NCBI GenBank assembly: GCA_964270895.1
Contig: OZ185435.1
Direction: 5' to 3' (one strand)
Source of the DNA: Podarcis filfolensis
Taxonomy: Eukaryota
DNA: 64,000 nucleotides
This document shows, piece after piece, positions 38,002-48,997 of this stretch (position 1 is the stretch's first letter; each line of letters begins with the position of its first letter). Position numbers and translations under genes: made by a program. The notes under the pieces were generated by a model. That model was not told where the DNA came from and did no database searches. It saw only the letters and a program-made list of their open reading frames with translations.

Positions 38002-38945
38002 TAAAAGAGGCTTTCCCTTTTTCAAGTATTTTAACTTTATACCATAACATATTATACATCAATATTTTTAACCATTTATCAATACCTTTTTTACATAATC
38101 TTACTAACTTTTGTCACTAATTACCACTTATTACCAATCCAGGCATTTTTAACATTCATTAATTTTGTAGTATTTCTGAAGATAGTCTTTAAATTTCTTC
38201 CAGTCCTCTTCCACCAACTCTTCTCCCAGGTCTCGGATTCTGCCAGTCATTTCCGCTAATTCCATATAGTCCATCAGCTTCATCTGCCACTCTTCCAGGG
38301 TGGGTAACTCTTGTGTCTTCCAATACTTTGCGATAAGAATTCTTGCTGCTGTAGTTGCATACATAAAGAAAGTTCTGTCCTTCTTTGGCACCAATTGGCC
38401 GACCATGCCTAAGAGAAAGGCCTCTGGCTTCTTAAGAAATGTATATTTAAATATTTTTTTCATTTCGTTATAAATCATCTCCCAGAAAGCCTTAATCTTT
38501 GGGCATGTCCACCAAAGGTGAAAGAATGTTCCTTCATTTTCTTTACACTTCCAACATTTATTGTCGGGCAAATGATAGATTTTTGCAAGCTTGACTGGTG
38601 TCATGTACCACCTGTATATCATTTTCATAATATTCTCTCTTAGGGTAAGAATTTGCTGAATTAAATTTTTATATGGGAATACAAAAGTGGGGAGGCGTGA
38701 GGAGGTCAAGAACATAAGTATATGAATTTGAGATTATTGGGAATAATGGATTTGCTTTTATTTTTGTGTTTTTTGTTTAATTTAACTTTTTTTTAATTAA
38801 TTGTGATTCTTTCTTTTGTATCTCTGTGTGTTTTGTTTTTTCTGTAATGTATGGCTTTTTATTTTGAGAATTTCTATCCTTCCTTTTTGTAAAATCTTAA
38901 TAAAAATTTATTTAAAAAAAATAAAAAAAATAAAAGAGGCTTTCC
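38002..38945. mobile_element. 5'-inverted (twin-primed) L1 insertion with TSD, in UMPS intron 1
   Basis: TSD (T)AAAAGAGGCTTTCC at 38002-38016 and 38931-38945. Inverted ORF2 C-terminus (CWKC-x8-H-x4-C knuckle) plus proximal UTR on the minus strand at about 38646-38017. Distal UTR, AATAAA (38899) and A-tail on the plus strand at about 38642-38930. Confidence 0.92.
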
Positions 38946-39259
38946 AAATCTCCAGGCATGGCTGGCCTCCAACTCCCCTCAGTCCCAGTCAACATGGTTA
39001 GGGCGGGAGGTGATGACAGCTGTTGTCCATTAGCATCGAGAGCACTAAATTAGAAGAGGCATTAAAGCGTTTTTGTCCTGCTGAAAAGGCTCACAGAGAA
39101 GCTGACATAAATTCGATAGCAGCAAGCTGCCCCCCCCCCCGCTTGCACCCTTGTAAACCCTTTTCCCCCAAGAGGAGGGGGGGAAACAAGGAGAGGAGAG
39201 GCAAACCGGCAAACCCCAGTCAGGAGCAGCGGTGCTTATAATGACCACCAGCTGCAATA

Positions 39260-39700
39260 GAAACGTGAGGCGCTGGTCTCTCGGCCTCCCTCCTCCAACT
39301 GCCTCGGGCCCGCCTTCCTCCCTCACGCGCGACCCGTGCCCGCCCGCGCGCCCGTGGGGCTCACCTTGTTGAGCAGGGCCGGGTGCGACACGATGACACG
39401 CAGGTCGACATAGGCCGGGGAGACGAGGCCGCTCTTGAGCACGAACTCGCCGAAGCGCACCGCCTGCACGCCGTATAGCTCCGAGGCTAACGCTTCCATC
39501 CTTCGAGGCTCTCGCGCGCACGTACGGAGAACAGCTCGCGCCGGGTCAGTCGCCGAGTAATGACGCAAGGGAAGGCGGGGTGGGGCGGGGCAACCCTCCT
39601 CCGTCGCTAGGAAACCGGGCGATTCCTTACGGGGCGCCACGTGCACATGCGCGCTAGGGCTGACTACTCTCGTTACCCAAGGGTACCTACTACTGTATTA
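39260..39700 (-). promoter_or_regulatory. UMPS: UMPS CpG-island promoter and 5' region
   Basis: Abrupt CpG-dense stretch over exon 1; GC boxes at 39573-39591, TGACGCAA at 39561, E-box CACGTG at 39638, NRF1-like GCACATGCGC at 39643. Confidence 0.85.
39365..39499 (-). CDS. UMPS: UMP synthase exon 1 ([45 protein letters not shown]), 135 nt
   Basis: ATG in strong Kozak context (AGGATGG); F.LKSG..SP.Y.DLR motif; GTGAG donor. The six exons sum to 1431 nt = 476 aa plus stop. Confidence 0.93.
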
Positions 39701-39992
39701 GTGGCACCTGGCTTTCTCTTGCATCCTGGCCGGCGCTATTTGCTTGGAGAGAAGGGGGTGCAATTGGTACCGGAGGAGGAGTGAAGGTTGTATATGCTCC
39801 GCTCCTAGGAGCGGAGAAGGCAGGGAGGCTTGTTTTGCAGTTGCTTGTGCTACTACTACACGGGTATTCTGGTGCACGTGTGTCCGGGTGAACGCGTGTG
39901 GACATCACCTAGCGGACACTGGTGTGGAGGCACAAAGCGGCGAGCCCACCCCCCACCCCGGTCTCCAGAATAGAGCTGCCCAGGAGAGGAGA

Positions 39993-40131
39993 GATGGGCG
40001 TAGACAGGATTTATGTTGGGGGGCAGGACTTTTGTTGGGGGGGGGGTAGGACCGACGTGATTGGTCAGTTTGTTATTTCTGTTGTTTTACTTGATCTAGG
40101 GAGGCAGCTGCCCCCCTTAGCTACGCCCATG
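39993..40131. mobile_element. hAT-like MITE upstream of UMPS
   Basis: Ends ATGGGCGTAG...CTACGCCCATG; no matching TSD. Related heads lie at 40474 (CATGGTCGTAGCCAGG) and 8385. Confidence 0.65.
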
Positions 40132-41099
40132 CCTTGGAGCGTTTGAGGGGGAAAGCGGTGAGTACATTTAATTTAGGGGAGTTCGAGAAGAGGGGGCGCC
40201 GCCTGTGCGTCCTAAAGCCGAATAAAAACTCCATCGCCAAAGGAAAAATCCCTCGGAGTGCAGCACTAGAATGGATGGAGGGACGACGACGACGACGACA
40301 CTGGAAGCAACATCTGCGTCGGAAGAATACTGAATAGGGTCCATTTTGAAAGAGAAGCTTCGGGCTTCTCAGGGATGGATAACTTTTTAAAGAAAGGACT
40401 ACAGGTTTTCCCGACTACAGGTTTTCCCGATTGAGATGTGTTTCGAACTTTTGTGCAAATAAGGACCTGGGAGCATGGTCGTAGCCAGGAATTATTGGGG
40501 AAGGGGGCAGAACCGAGTTATCTGTGACGCAATTGGTTAGTTCAGTTCAGTTATTTTTATTTATTTATTTTCAGCCGCACCCCCCTGGGAGCCAATAATC
40601 ACCTGCAGGGTCGTATAGCACGTTCGGGTTTACTCGCTTCGTAAGAACTCGGGCATTGCTCACATTAAGAACGTCCTCTGTTGTGGACGTTTAATCTTTA
40701 GTCTCTGCTAAAAGTTCGGGGTCACACACCACCACCTTTAGCAGTGAGTAACCTGATCAACATAGACCAGTGGAAATTGAACAGTTTTGGTGTGCGTCCT
40801 GTAGCAAAATTTGTATTTTTTTTAAAAGGTAGTGTTAGCAATGTCAAAATCGAATTTGCCCGAACACAGTAGAGCTAATCAATTCTCATTATTTCAAGGT
40901 TCATATTACAGTCTTAAAGCACATATGTCAGAAATCATAAATCCTATTTTTAAGGGGGGGAAAGTAGTATAGATAACAGACTTTCATTAAGCACATACAC
41001 CCCTTTCAGTTGTATCTAATGGCTTTACATGGCAGGCAGCTCTCACAATTTCTTCTCCTGTTTTCTTCCCCCATATAAGTCAAAATAAAAGCTTGTCTT

Positions 41100-44000
41100 T
41101 ATAATATCCGTCTTAATTGATTTTATCAGCAGAATTGCTTTTATATTAAAAAAAAATCCCATACTTGAATCTTTTGTATATTGTATTTATAAGGAAGGCA
41201 ATAGCCTAAAATGTAGATTTTATCATCTGTAGATAACATATATATTTATATATACTGCAGAAGAGTAAGAACATGTGACAGCAGGAAATCACTTTACAAC
41301 ATTACACATGAAGAATCAGAAGTATAAATAAAATATTTACAAAATGTTTTAGAAAACACATATGCATACAAAACAAAATCAATAATAAAATAATGAGATA
41401 ACACTTAAGGCAGACCAGCAAAAGACTGAAAATGATTAAGGCTGTGGAATTCGTTTGCACCTTGAAATTTTTTAAGCTCTTAATACAATCCCTACCACCA
41501 CCACCACAGAAATGATTGTTGCAAATATTTTTTAAAGTGTTATTTTTTGTAGTCTGCTGTGCCCTTTACATGTCTGACCTTAGTAGTATACTGTTGAAGT
41601 GACATGCTAGCAAAAGCAGACTCAGTGGTTTGACAGAAAGATGCAAAAGCACCAGCACTGAAAAAGAGAGCATAAGGATAAGATATGGCTTAAGTAGAAC
41701 AGATGTTTGTTACTACTAGCTTCAGAGTATAAGCTGAGAAATTACAGAATCCTGGCCTGTTAACAGTCACTAGTATAACGATTCTAGAAGCAGTTTGATA
41801 TTGGACAGTAATTGTATAACCAGCTTGGGGAGCCAAAAAAAAAGGGATCTGACATTTATTCTCTTAGGAAAGCACCATTTTCTGATGTGTCAGTCCATAA
41901 ACAATCAGCTTTGGGGAGAAACCAGAGCCCTGTGGAGGATTTTCTTCTACAAATGGATAGGAAAGATGTCTTCCATGCAATGGCACACAGATATTCATCT
42001 GAGAACTAAGTTGTGTCTAGCAATTCCTAGTTACAATCCAATGGTCCCAAACCGTGGCTAGTCACACTTTGTTGCATACAACTACCGGCTGCAGATGACA
42101 TATCCAACAAAATCAGCAGAGGATGAAGGGCACACATGAACACAGAGATATGCAGCCAGTCTTAAGTTGCTTTGTTACAAAAGATTAAAAGCAAGATTCC
42201 AGGAATTGTCACACATAATGCCTAAATGACCTTTGTGCCTCTTGGTTGTTATTGATGTTGCTGCAGAAGGTAAGACATCAACGGTATTCTGGTTCAATGT
42301 AGATTTTACATTCACATTACAAAGCCCTTTGAAGCAAAAACTGCTTTATGCCTGAGAAAACAACTCTCAAGACTTCATGATAAAACAGCAGTCAGTCCTT
42401 GTCTTAAATCCTGCCTATTTGCTTGCCACAGATTCAGGTATTTTTCCCCCCATAGGTGATTATTCCATAGGGATTTAAATGTACCATAGAGGTTTGTTCT
42501 TCAAGGATGCTTAAGTAATCTCTTTTGCATTCCCCCAGAATCACAAATAAAAGAACCAAAAGTAGGTACACATTTTGACAGTCACTCTTCCACGTATATG
42601 TAGAAGAACAGAACTAGAAAGTAGGTAGGCATTTTTACTGCAGCTAGAAAGAACAAGGAGATGTGGCAAAGATCCACATCTGTTTCTTTTATCATATCTA
42701 AAAGTTGTGATGCTTTACTGAGGTTGGCCTTGGTTCCAGTGAAGTGATCCATGACATGCAGTCTGGTCTCACTATGTTACGTATGTTTATTCAGAAGCAG
42801 CGCTGGCTCAATTGTTATCGTGTAACGTGAAGAAGCCGCCTTGAGCAGATGCTGAAAGGCTGGAAACAGAACTGTTTGTGTTGCATGGCCTGTAATGCAT
42901 CCCTGAACTAGCTCACGGCACTCAGGTGCAGTGGAGGATGCTGCCCCATCAACAGAGCTAAAGTCTCCTTGGCTTTTGTACATAGAATGGGGAAAGACAC
43001 CATCTTGTCCCTTTGCCTCTGACATCAACATGTTTTGGGCTGCCCATGCTCGGAAGGAAGTACCCACTGTGTTAGCGGAACTAGCTTTCCATTAAGTATG
43101 CATAGGATTGTAGCTAGCCTAGGTCACACTGAGTTGTGACTAATATCTTCCATTGATTACAGTGGGATTCTGCCATTGGTAACTTGGGCTGGATCTTGGC
43201 CATTGTTTATACCTGAGCCGATATGCTCCGCCTCTGGATGATTGTCAGTGCCTTGAGGAAATTGTAGCGACTAAAAGGAACCTCAAGAGTTGATCCTATC
43301 CCCACATTCCTTATTATAACAGTGGGTTAGATGATCACTGCATTGATGTTCATAGTATAACAAACCTCTTGATTAAAAAATAGCAGGGGAAAAACACTTC
43401 ATTGAAAAGTTAAAGGACATCAGCTTCTTTCCCTATGAAAAGGCCTTCTGCTTTGTTGAACCACATTTTCTAGCCAGAAAATCTAAGTCAAGTACCTTTC
43501 TCCTTTTCTGTACTGATTTGTTGGCTTGTTTCTTGGTTCACCAGACATCAGTGTGTTCACCACCTTTCTTATTACTCTCACTGTAGCAAGAACATTTACA
43601 GCTCCTGATTTGATCTGTTTGGGGTTTTGGGCAAGAGAAAGGAGAAAACAGTAAAATACTCCAGGTTAATATAATATGTCAGGTGCCACTGAGAGGCTAC
43701 AGAACCCTTGTCACTTGGCTACCAGGTTGCCTAATCCTGACAGCTACTTAGGACACAAGTGACTAAAAGATGTGCCAGAACCATTAGTATATTGTGTTCA
43801 ACAAATGGATGCCAACTGAACAGGCAAAATGAGAGAGCTCACCATGCCTTTGATTATTACTAGGTCCATTGCCACATTGCAGAGTTTATAGAAGATTAGT
43901 TGGTGGGATAGAGGAAAAAGTTAACTATGAATTGCTGATTGATTTCTAAATGATTAGGATATAGTCAGTCACTGTCTTGGCACTAAATTCCTCTTGGTGT

Positions 44001-45348
44001 GAAAAGCTGGACTAGTTCTTACAATATTAATTTGAGATAACTGCAATTTGGAACTATTCAAAAGCTTCTTAGTTTGAAAATACTTTGATGATTTATAAGG
44101 GGCTATTAAGTTAGTGGCGTGTTTAGTGCACAATAATGGACCATTACAATGACTTTTTATATTAATAGTCTTTTTTGAATTGTTATTTAACACCAGAGTT
44201 TGGGATGGAACAAATATGCTAGCATAGAAGTTAGGATTCTGGAGCTAGGAAGAGAGATGCATGTGTACAAATATGCAGTAAACTACCAGTCTCACACATC
44301 AAGACTAATTTTGAAGCAATAATTGTAAGGATGGACCCACTATGTTTACCACACTTTGGCCAACTTTGGATTGATTTCACAACTGATCAACTTTTAAAAC
44401 TGAAAAAGGAATAAGATTCCTTTTCATTTTACAGACTATATGAGAATTCAACAAACATTCTGCAATAGAAAAAGTCTTTGACATCTAGTTTACAGATAAC
44501 AGTAATTATTGTAACATAGCCTTTTCTCAACACACAGGTTTCACAAAAAAGTCTGTACAAGAGCTATAAAAATTTACTTTAAAAAATGTCTCATTGTGCT
44601 TCATCAAAACATTTTTTGTTCCAGTGAATTTACCATCTTAGCCGTAGCACATTGCTACTTTACAGTATGTTAGCTTTGAACATGTGAATGCTGGAGAATC
44701 CAAAGGACTTTTGACAAAGGTATACTATGATCCTGACCAATACGGCATACCTAAGTCACTTTACAGGCAAAGCTGACATTATGATAGCACAAGGGCCATA
44801 AAAAAACAATTCTGCCACAAGGTTAATTCTTATTGAAGACAAGTGGAATTCTCCTAGTGAAACAGAGCTTCATTAGCAACTATTTCTGCAAAATCTCGAA
44901 TCCAGTCCAGTGTTGTTGTTTCAGGAAATGCTGACTGTGGAGGGTCAGCCTAGTTTTATTTCTTTACTTTCCGTTGCCTTTCAAATACATGAGTTATAGT
45001 TTAATAAGATCAGCAAGGGTGTCCAGGTCTTTTAGAAGGCTGCCTTTCAAAAGTAAGGCAATGGTGTTTTGGTTACCATTTTCAAATGATGTATTTTTCT
45101 AAAATATTCTTCTGTATTTGACATGACTTCATCATTGCAAGATAAGCCACGCGAGGAGTTGCATATGCAACATCTGAAAGCCTCTAGTTCTAACCAGTTA
45201 GATAATGCAACTGCTGGAAAAGTACATACACTTTCTTTGACATCACATCAACTAGAATACTTTACACAGACATAAAGAGAGAGATTCCACCTTCTCTCTT
45301 TTCACACGCCATGGTGCTTCAGTGTCAAATCAAGGTACTTGTATTGCA
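41100..45348 (-). other. KALRN: KALRN long 3'UTR, distal end uncertain
   Basis: Follows the stop at 45349. Minus-strand AATAAA at 44955, 42786 and 41855; U-rich tract with UGUAAAUA at 41334-41341. Confidence 0.45.
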
Positions 45349-45894
45349 TTATATTCCTGGGTTCATCCTGCTCATTATGAAACTCTTAACATTGGGAATC
45401 GGCCGCACATCAAACTGGTGTTTGCGGCGTTCAATGAAGCTGGATAGGCGTGAGGTATCCAGTGGGATTTTGGAATAGCTGCCGTTGTGAAACTGCAGCC
45501 AAGGGTGCTGCAGACAAGTGGCTGCTGTTGGCCTCCTCCTGAAGTCTTCCTGAAGGATGACAGTGATGAAGTCTCTGGCAGCATGGCTTACATCACAGAA
45601 GTACTCATTGGGAAAGCTGAAGTCCACTCGGCACACATTGATGCAAGTCTCCTCCCTGCTTTCATCCAGAAAGGGGGACACACCACTCAGCATGACATAG
45701 GTGAGCACACCCAGGCTCCAAATATCTGTGCCCAGTGAAACAGGAGCACCTTGGATAACTTCTGGAGCAGCAAATTCAGGGTTTCCAAGGAGATGATGAA
45801 CATGGTAATGGCCAGTGATTTGAACAGCATCTTCCAGGTCTATTAGCTTAACGCGAGGCACTGGGATCCGCAAGTCAATGAGCAAATTTTCTGG
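45349..45894 (-). CDS. KALRN: Kalirin terminal exon, kinase C-lobe (PENLLIDLRIPVPRVKLIDLEDAVQ...MNPGI*), 546 nt
   Basis: CAG acceptor; DLE in place of DFG as in mammalian kalirin (Trio keeps DFG); TAA at 45351-45349. Confidence 0.98.
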   Translation of the reverse strand, partial: PENLLIDLRIPVPRVKLIDLEDAVQITGHYHVHHLLGNPEFAAPEVIQGAPVSLGTDIWSLGVLTYVMLSGVSPFLDESREETCINVCRVDFSFPNEYFCDVSHAARDFITVILQEDFRRRPTAATCLQHPWLQFHNGSYSKIPLDTSRLSSFIERRKHQFDVRPIPNVKSFIMSRMNPGI

Positions 45895-47013
45895 CTGTGG
45901 AGAGCAAGGATAAAAAAAGGTTCCATTGTTCATTGCTTTTGTATTATAAATCAGTTTAAGCCAACATTTATCACATTTACAGCCTGCCTGCCTTCCACCA
46001 CAGAACCCAGGACAGTGTATATGTGGTTCCTGTGGTCCTTCAGATCATACATTCTTTTGCTTTTTAAGGAAAAAAATGTACCAACAATGTATGTGCTGGC
46101 ACTTCTTCAGAACACACGTATGTCCCAAGTGAAGTACTATAAGTATTTGCTCAGCTAGTTTGGAGGCTTTACATTTTGATACTTACAGAGCTTTTCAGTG
46201 AATTTTCAGTGAATATTTGCTCAGAAGTAAGTTCCACTGTATTCAACAGGCCTTACTTTCATGTATAGAGGATTGCAGCTTTAATTATAATATTAGATTG
46301 ACCACCCAGCAAAGCACCATGCACAATGCACAAACTTGAGTGAAAGGTTTCAATGGATACCAGCTGAAGGATAGAGACATTTTGAAACTTGTCTACATTG
46401 GAGTACAATGATGTTTAAAACAAAAGGCACTACAGGAGGCCAGCCTATAAGATGTACAGGCCACAACTGCCCACTAGGTAGAGGTGGGTGAATGGGAAGC
46501 ATCATGTACAACCTTACAGAAAATATTTTACATCTTAGATTTATGCAGATATAAGTTCATGTCTGAGTAGTAGTTTGAGAAAAAACCTAGTTAAGCAGAA
46601 AAGGCAACAAAACTGCTATAAGCCAACACTGTGTATGTTTTGAGTTGCAGTGCAGACATGTGGACAGTCTGGTTACTCAGGCCATTTCACTAAAAAACAA
46701 GAATAAGCCTCTGTTGCACTGCTTATTCCATGTGCATATGTTGCTGAAGTATCCATCTTTCACAACATTCTGAGCCAGTCTAAGGAAGGATTTAAGCTTC
46801 ATGTAAGCAACATATAAATTAGCTTTATGTTTACATCTCTATCAAGGTATAAGCAAAGTTATGTGGACAAATGAAATGAGATCTCATCATCCCCCTCCAC
46901 ACACACACCCCAATTGCACATTTTTCAACAAGGAGCTTTTGTGCAAAAGGAAGGAAAGAACTGGCATGTTGGATCTTTGTGGGAAAACATTGAAGATGTA
47001 TGTGAGTTATACA

Positions 47014-47180
47014 CAGTTCTTTTTTTCTGAGGGGACGCAGGGGTATGCATACCCCTAAACATTTTGTGAGGTTTTGTACTTTACTGTATTTATTTTTCCC
47101 AATTTGAACTTTAAAATGGTGATTTTCTTGAGTCAAAATGAGAGTACCCCTAAAGGTTATTTTAAAGAAAAAAAGCACTG
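47014..47180. mobile_element. hAT-like MITE
   Basis: TIRs CAGT(T/G)CTTTTTTTCT...AGAAAAAAAGCACTG; flanks GTTATACA and GTTATGTG (decayed 8-bp TSD). Confidence 0.7.
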
Positions 47181-47461
47181 GTTATGTGTCATTTGTTAAT
47201 GACAAGATATTAAAACAGAAAAAATGACATCCTGTAAGTGAATTCTCAGAACTGCTTGGAATTTTTTTTGAAATTTGGACCAGGTGCCTTCATCACAAAT
47301 ATGGCTATAAAGAAGTAGTTGAAAGAAGGACAGATTAGTGACACAAAGCAGGTACTTTAAAGTGTTTTCATTATAGGTAGATTGTCTCTTCACCTGAATT
47401 TAGAATAGACTGAATGCTTGGAATTCACCATGATAGATAGAGATATACACAAGCTTCCTAC

Positions 47462-47600
47462 CTTTATATCCAAATGAGCGACTCGGCAGTTGTGAAGGTA
47501 CTGTAAGGCTTCCATTGTGTCTCTTATGTAAAAAGCTACTTTCTCCTCCATCAATTCATCATGATTCATTAAGTAGTCCAAGAGACGGCCATCATCCATC
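47462..47600 (-). CDS. KALRN: Kalirin kinase exon (MDDGRLLDYL...HNCRVAHLDIK), 139 nt
   Basis: TAG acceptor and GTAGGA donor; catalytic-loop HLDIK. Confidence 0.97.
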
Positions 47601-48015
47601 CTAAAAGCCAACAATTATGCACTGTGAAAAGCAATCTAGCATAATAACAAACTCTTGCTAATACTTCAAACATGCGACTAACACCTTATAATGGAAGTGG
47701 CATTTTTAAAAAGCAATAAATAAAATACTTATATATTGCAGTGTAATAAGGGCTATCTCATTTTAAATACAGTATAGGACTCTTTATTTAAGTGCATGCT
47801 ATTTCACACTGACTTATTATGCCCACCCCCCACCCCACCCCGGCCAATGCACATACTGGATTGTGTGAATCTGACATTCACAGTCATCTGAAATATTGCT
47901 CTTTTCATGGGGAAATGAAATCGTTTTCATTACAATCATGAAATGTGTGATTGCAAAGATGGAGGATTCCCTCAGTATAACAAACAAGAAGCTTAGCTTC
48001 CATCAAGAGACTTAC

Positions 48016-48216
48016 AGTTCTAAAATTAATATATAGGAGGAAGGTGACTCATAGGTGTCATGAATAGTGATATACTGAGGATGCTGCAAATGCTGCAACA
48101 TGGCTGCCTCGTGTGCTGCCTGCTCTTCCTTCTTCATTTTTTTATTGATGAACTTCACTGCAACATCCTTCCTGGTGGCTTTGTGGATACATTTCTTTAC
48201 AACAGCAAATCGACCC
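48016..48216 (-). CDS. KALRN: Kalirin kinase N-lobe exon (GRFAVVKKC...VAVK...YILILEL), 201 nt
   Basis: CAG acceptor and GTAAG donor; VAVK lysine. Confidence 0.97.
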
Positions 48217-48356
48217 CTGTGGGGAGAAATGATAATATGCATTATTCATTCATAAATCATGCACCCATTGTCTTAACAGATAACTTAAAAGAAACACCTG
48301 GCTTGTGCGTTTTAGTGAAATAATTGATTCCAATCTCATTTAGTGAAATAATTCAC

Positions 48357-48435
48357 CTTCCAATCTCATTCAGTTCTGTGTAGGCGAAATCAAAGTTCTC
48401 TTTCCAGGTCACGGTGGCTCCATCTGCTGCAGAGT
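48357..48435 (-). CDS. KALRN: Kalirin exon (SAADGATVTWKENFDFAYTELNEIG), 79 nt
   Basis: CAG acceptor and GTGAAT donor; matches the kalirin pre-kinase segment; phases chain. Confidence 0.95.
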
Positions 48436-48832
48436 CTGTGAAACCCAAAGGGATGGGGAAATAGAGTTGGTTGCAATGCCAATTATAGTCTTTATTACAC
48501 ATCAGTAATACAAAGGGAAAAGTTTAAAGAAAGAAAATCATGCGAGAGTCTTGACAAGCAAGCAGACGGCATGCCACCAAATGTGCACCCGGTTCCTAAA
48601 TATTACGCCTTGAAAACAAAAGAAAAGAGCTGATCTAAATACATGTGTGCTGATCGGAAAAGACACAATCATATATACGTCGCCCTCAGATATCTATAGT
48701 TGACTACAAAATGCCAACAAGAAGCTTGATAATCACACAAACTTTAGCTTTGGAAGCAGAACTCTGACTGACCAGCTCTAATATTATTCCCTCTGAAAAT
48801 TAGTATCCTTCCCTTTTTGACCAAGTTCTCAC

Positions 48833-48997
48833 CGTATTCTGGAAGTTTCACAAACTCAGAGGCTTCGCTGGGCAAACTGATTCCCCAGGGGTTGCTGGCG
48901 CTGACTCGGAACTGATATTGGCATCCAGGTGTGAGATCTTCAATAACGAGGTAGGTGTCCAAGGTGGAGGCAACAGACTGCTGCCAGACCTGTGAGC
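48833..48997 (-). CDS. KALRN: Kalirin FN3 exon, second half (SQVWQQSVASTLDTYLVIEDL...YQFRVSASNPWG...LPEY), 165 nt
   Basis: TAG acceptor and GTGAGA donor; FN3 YQFRVSA motif. Confidence 0.96.

Noticed and set aside
45820-45840. DLE instead of DFG in the kinase
   Set aside because: A known feature of kalirin, not specific to this species.
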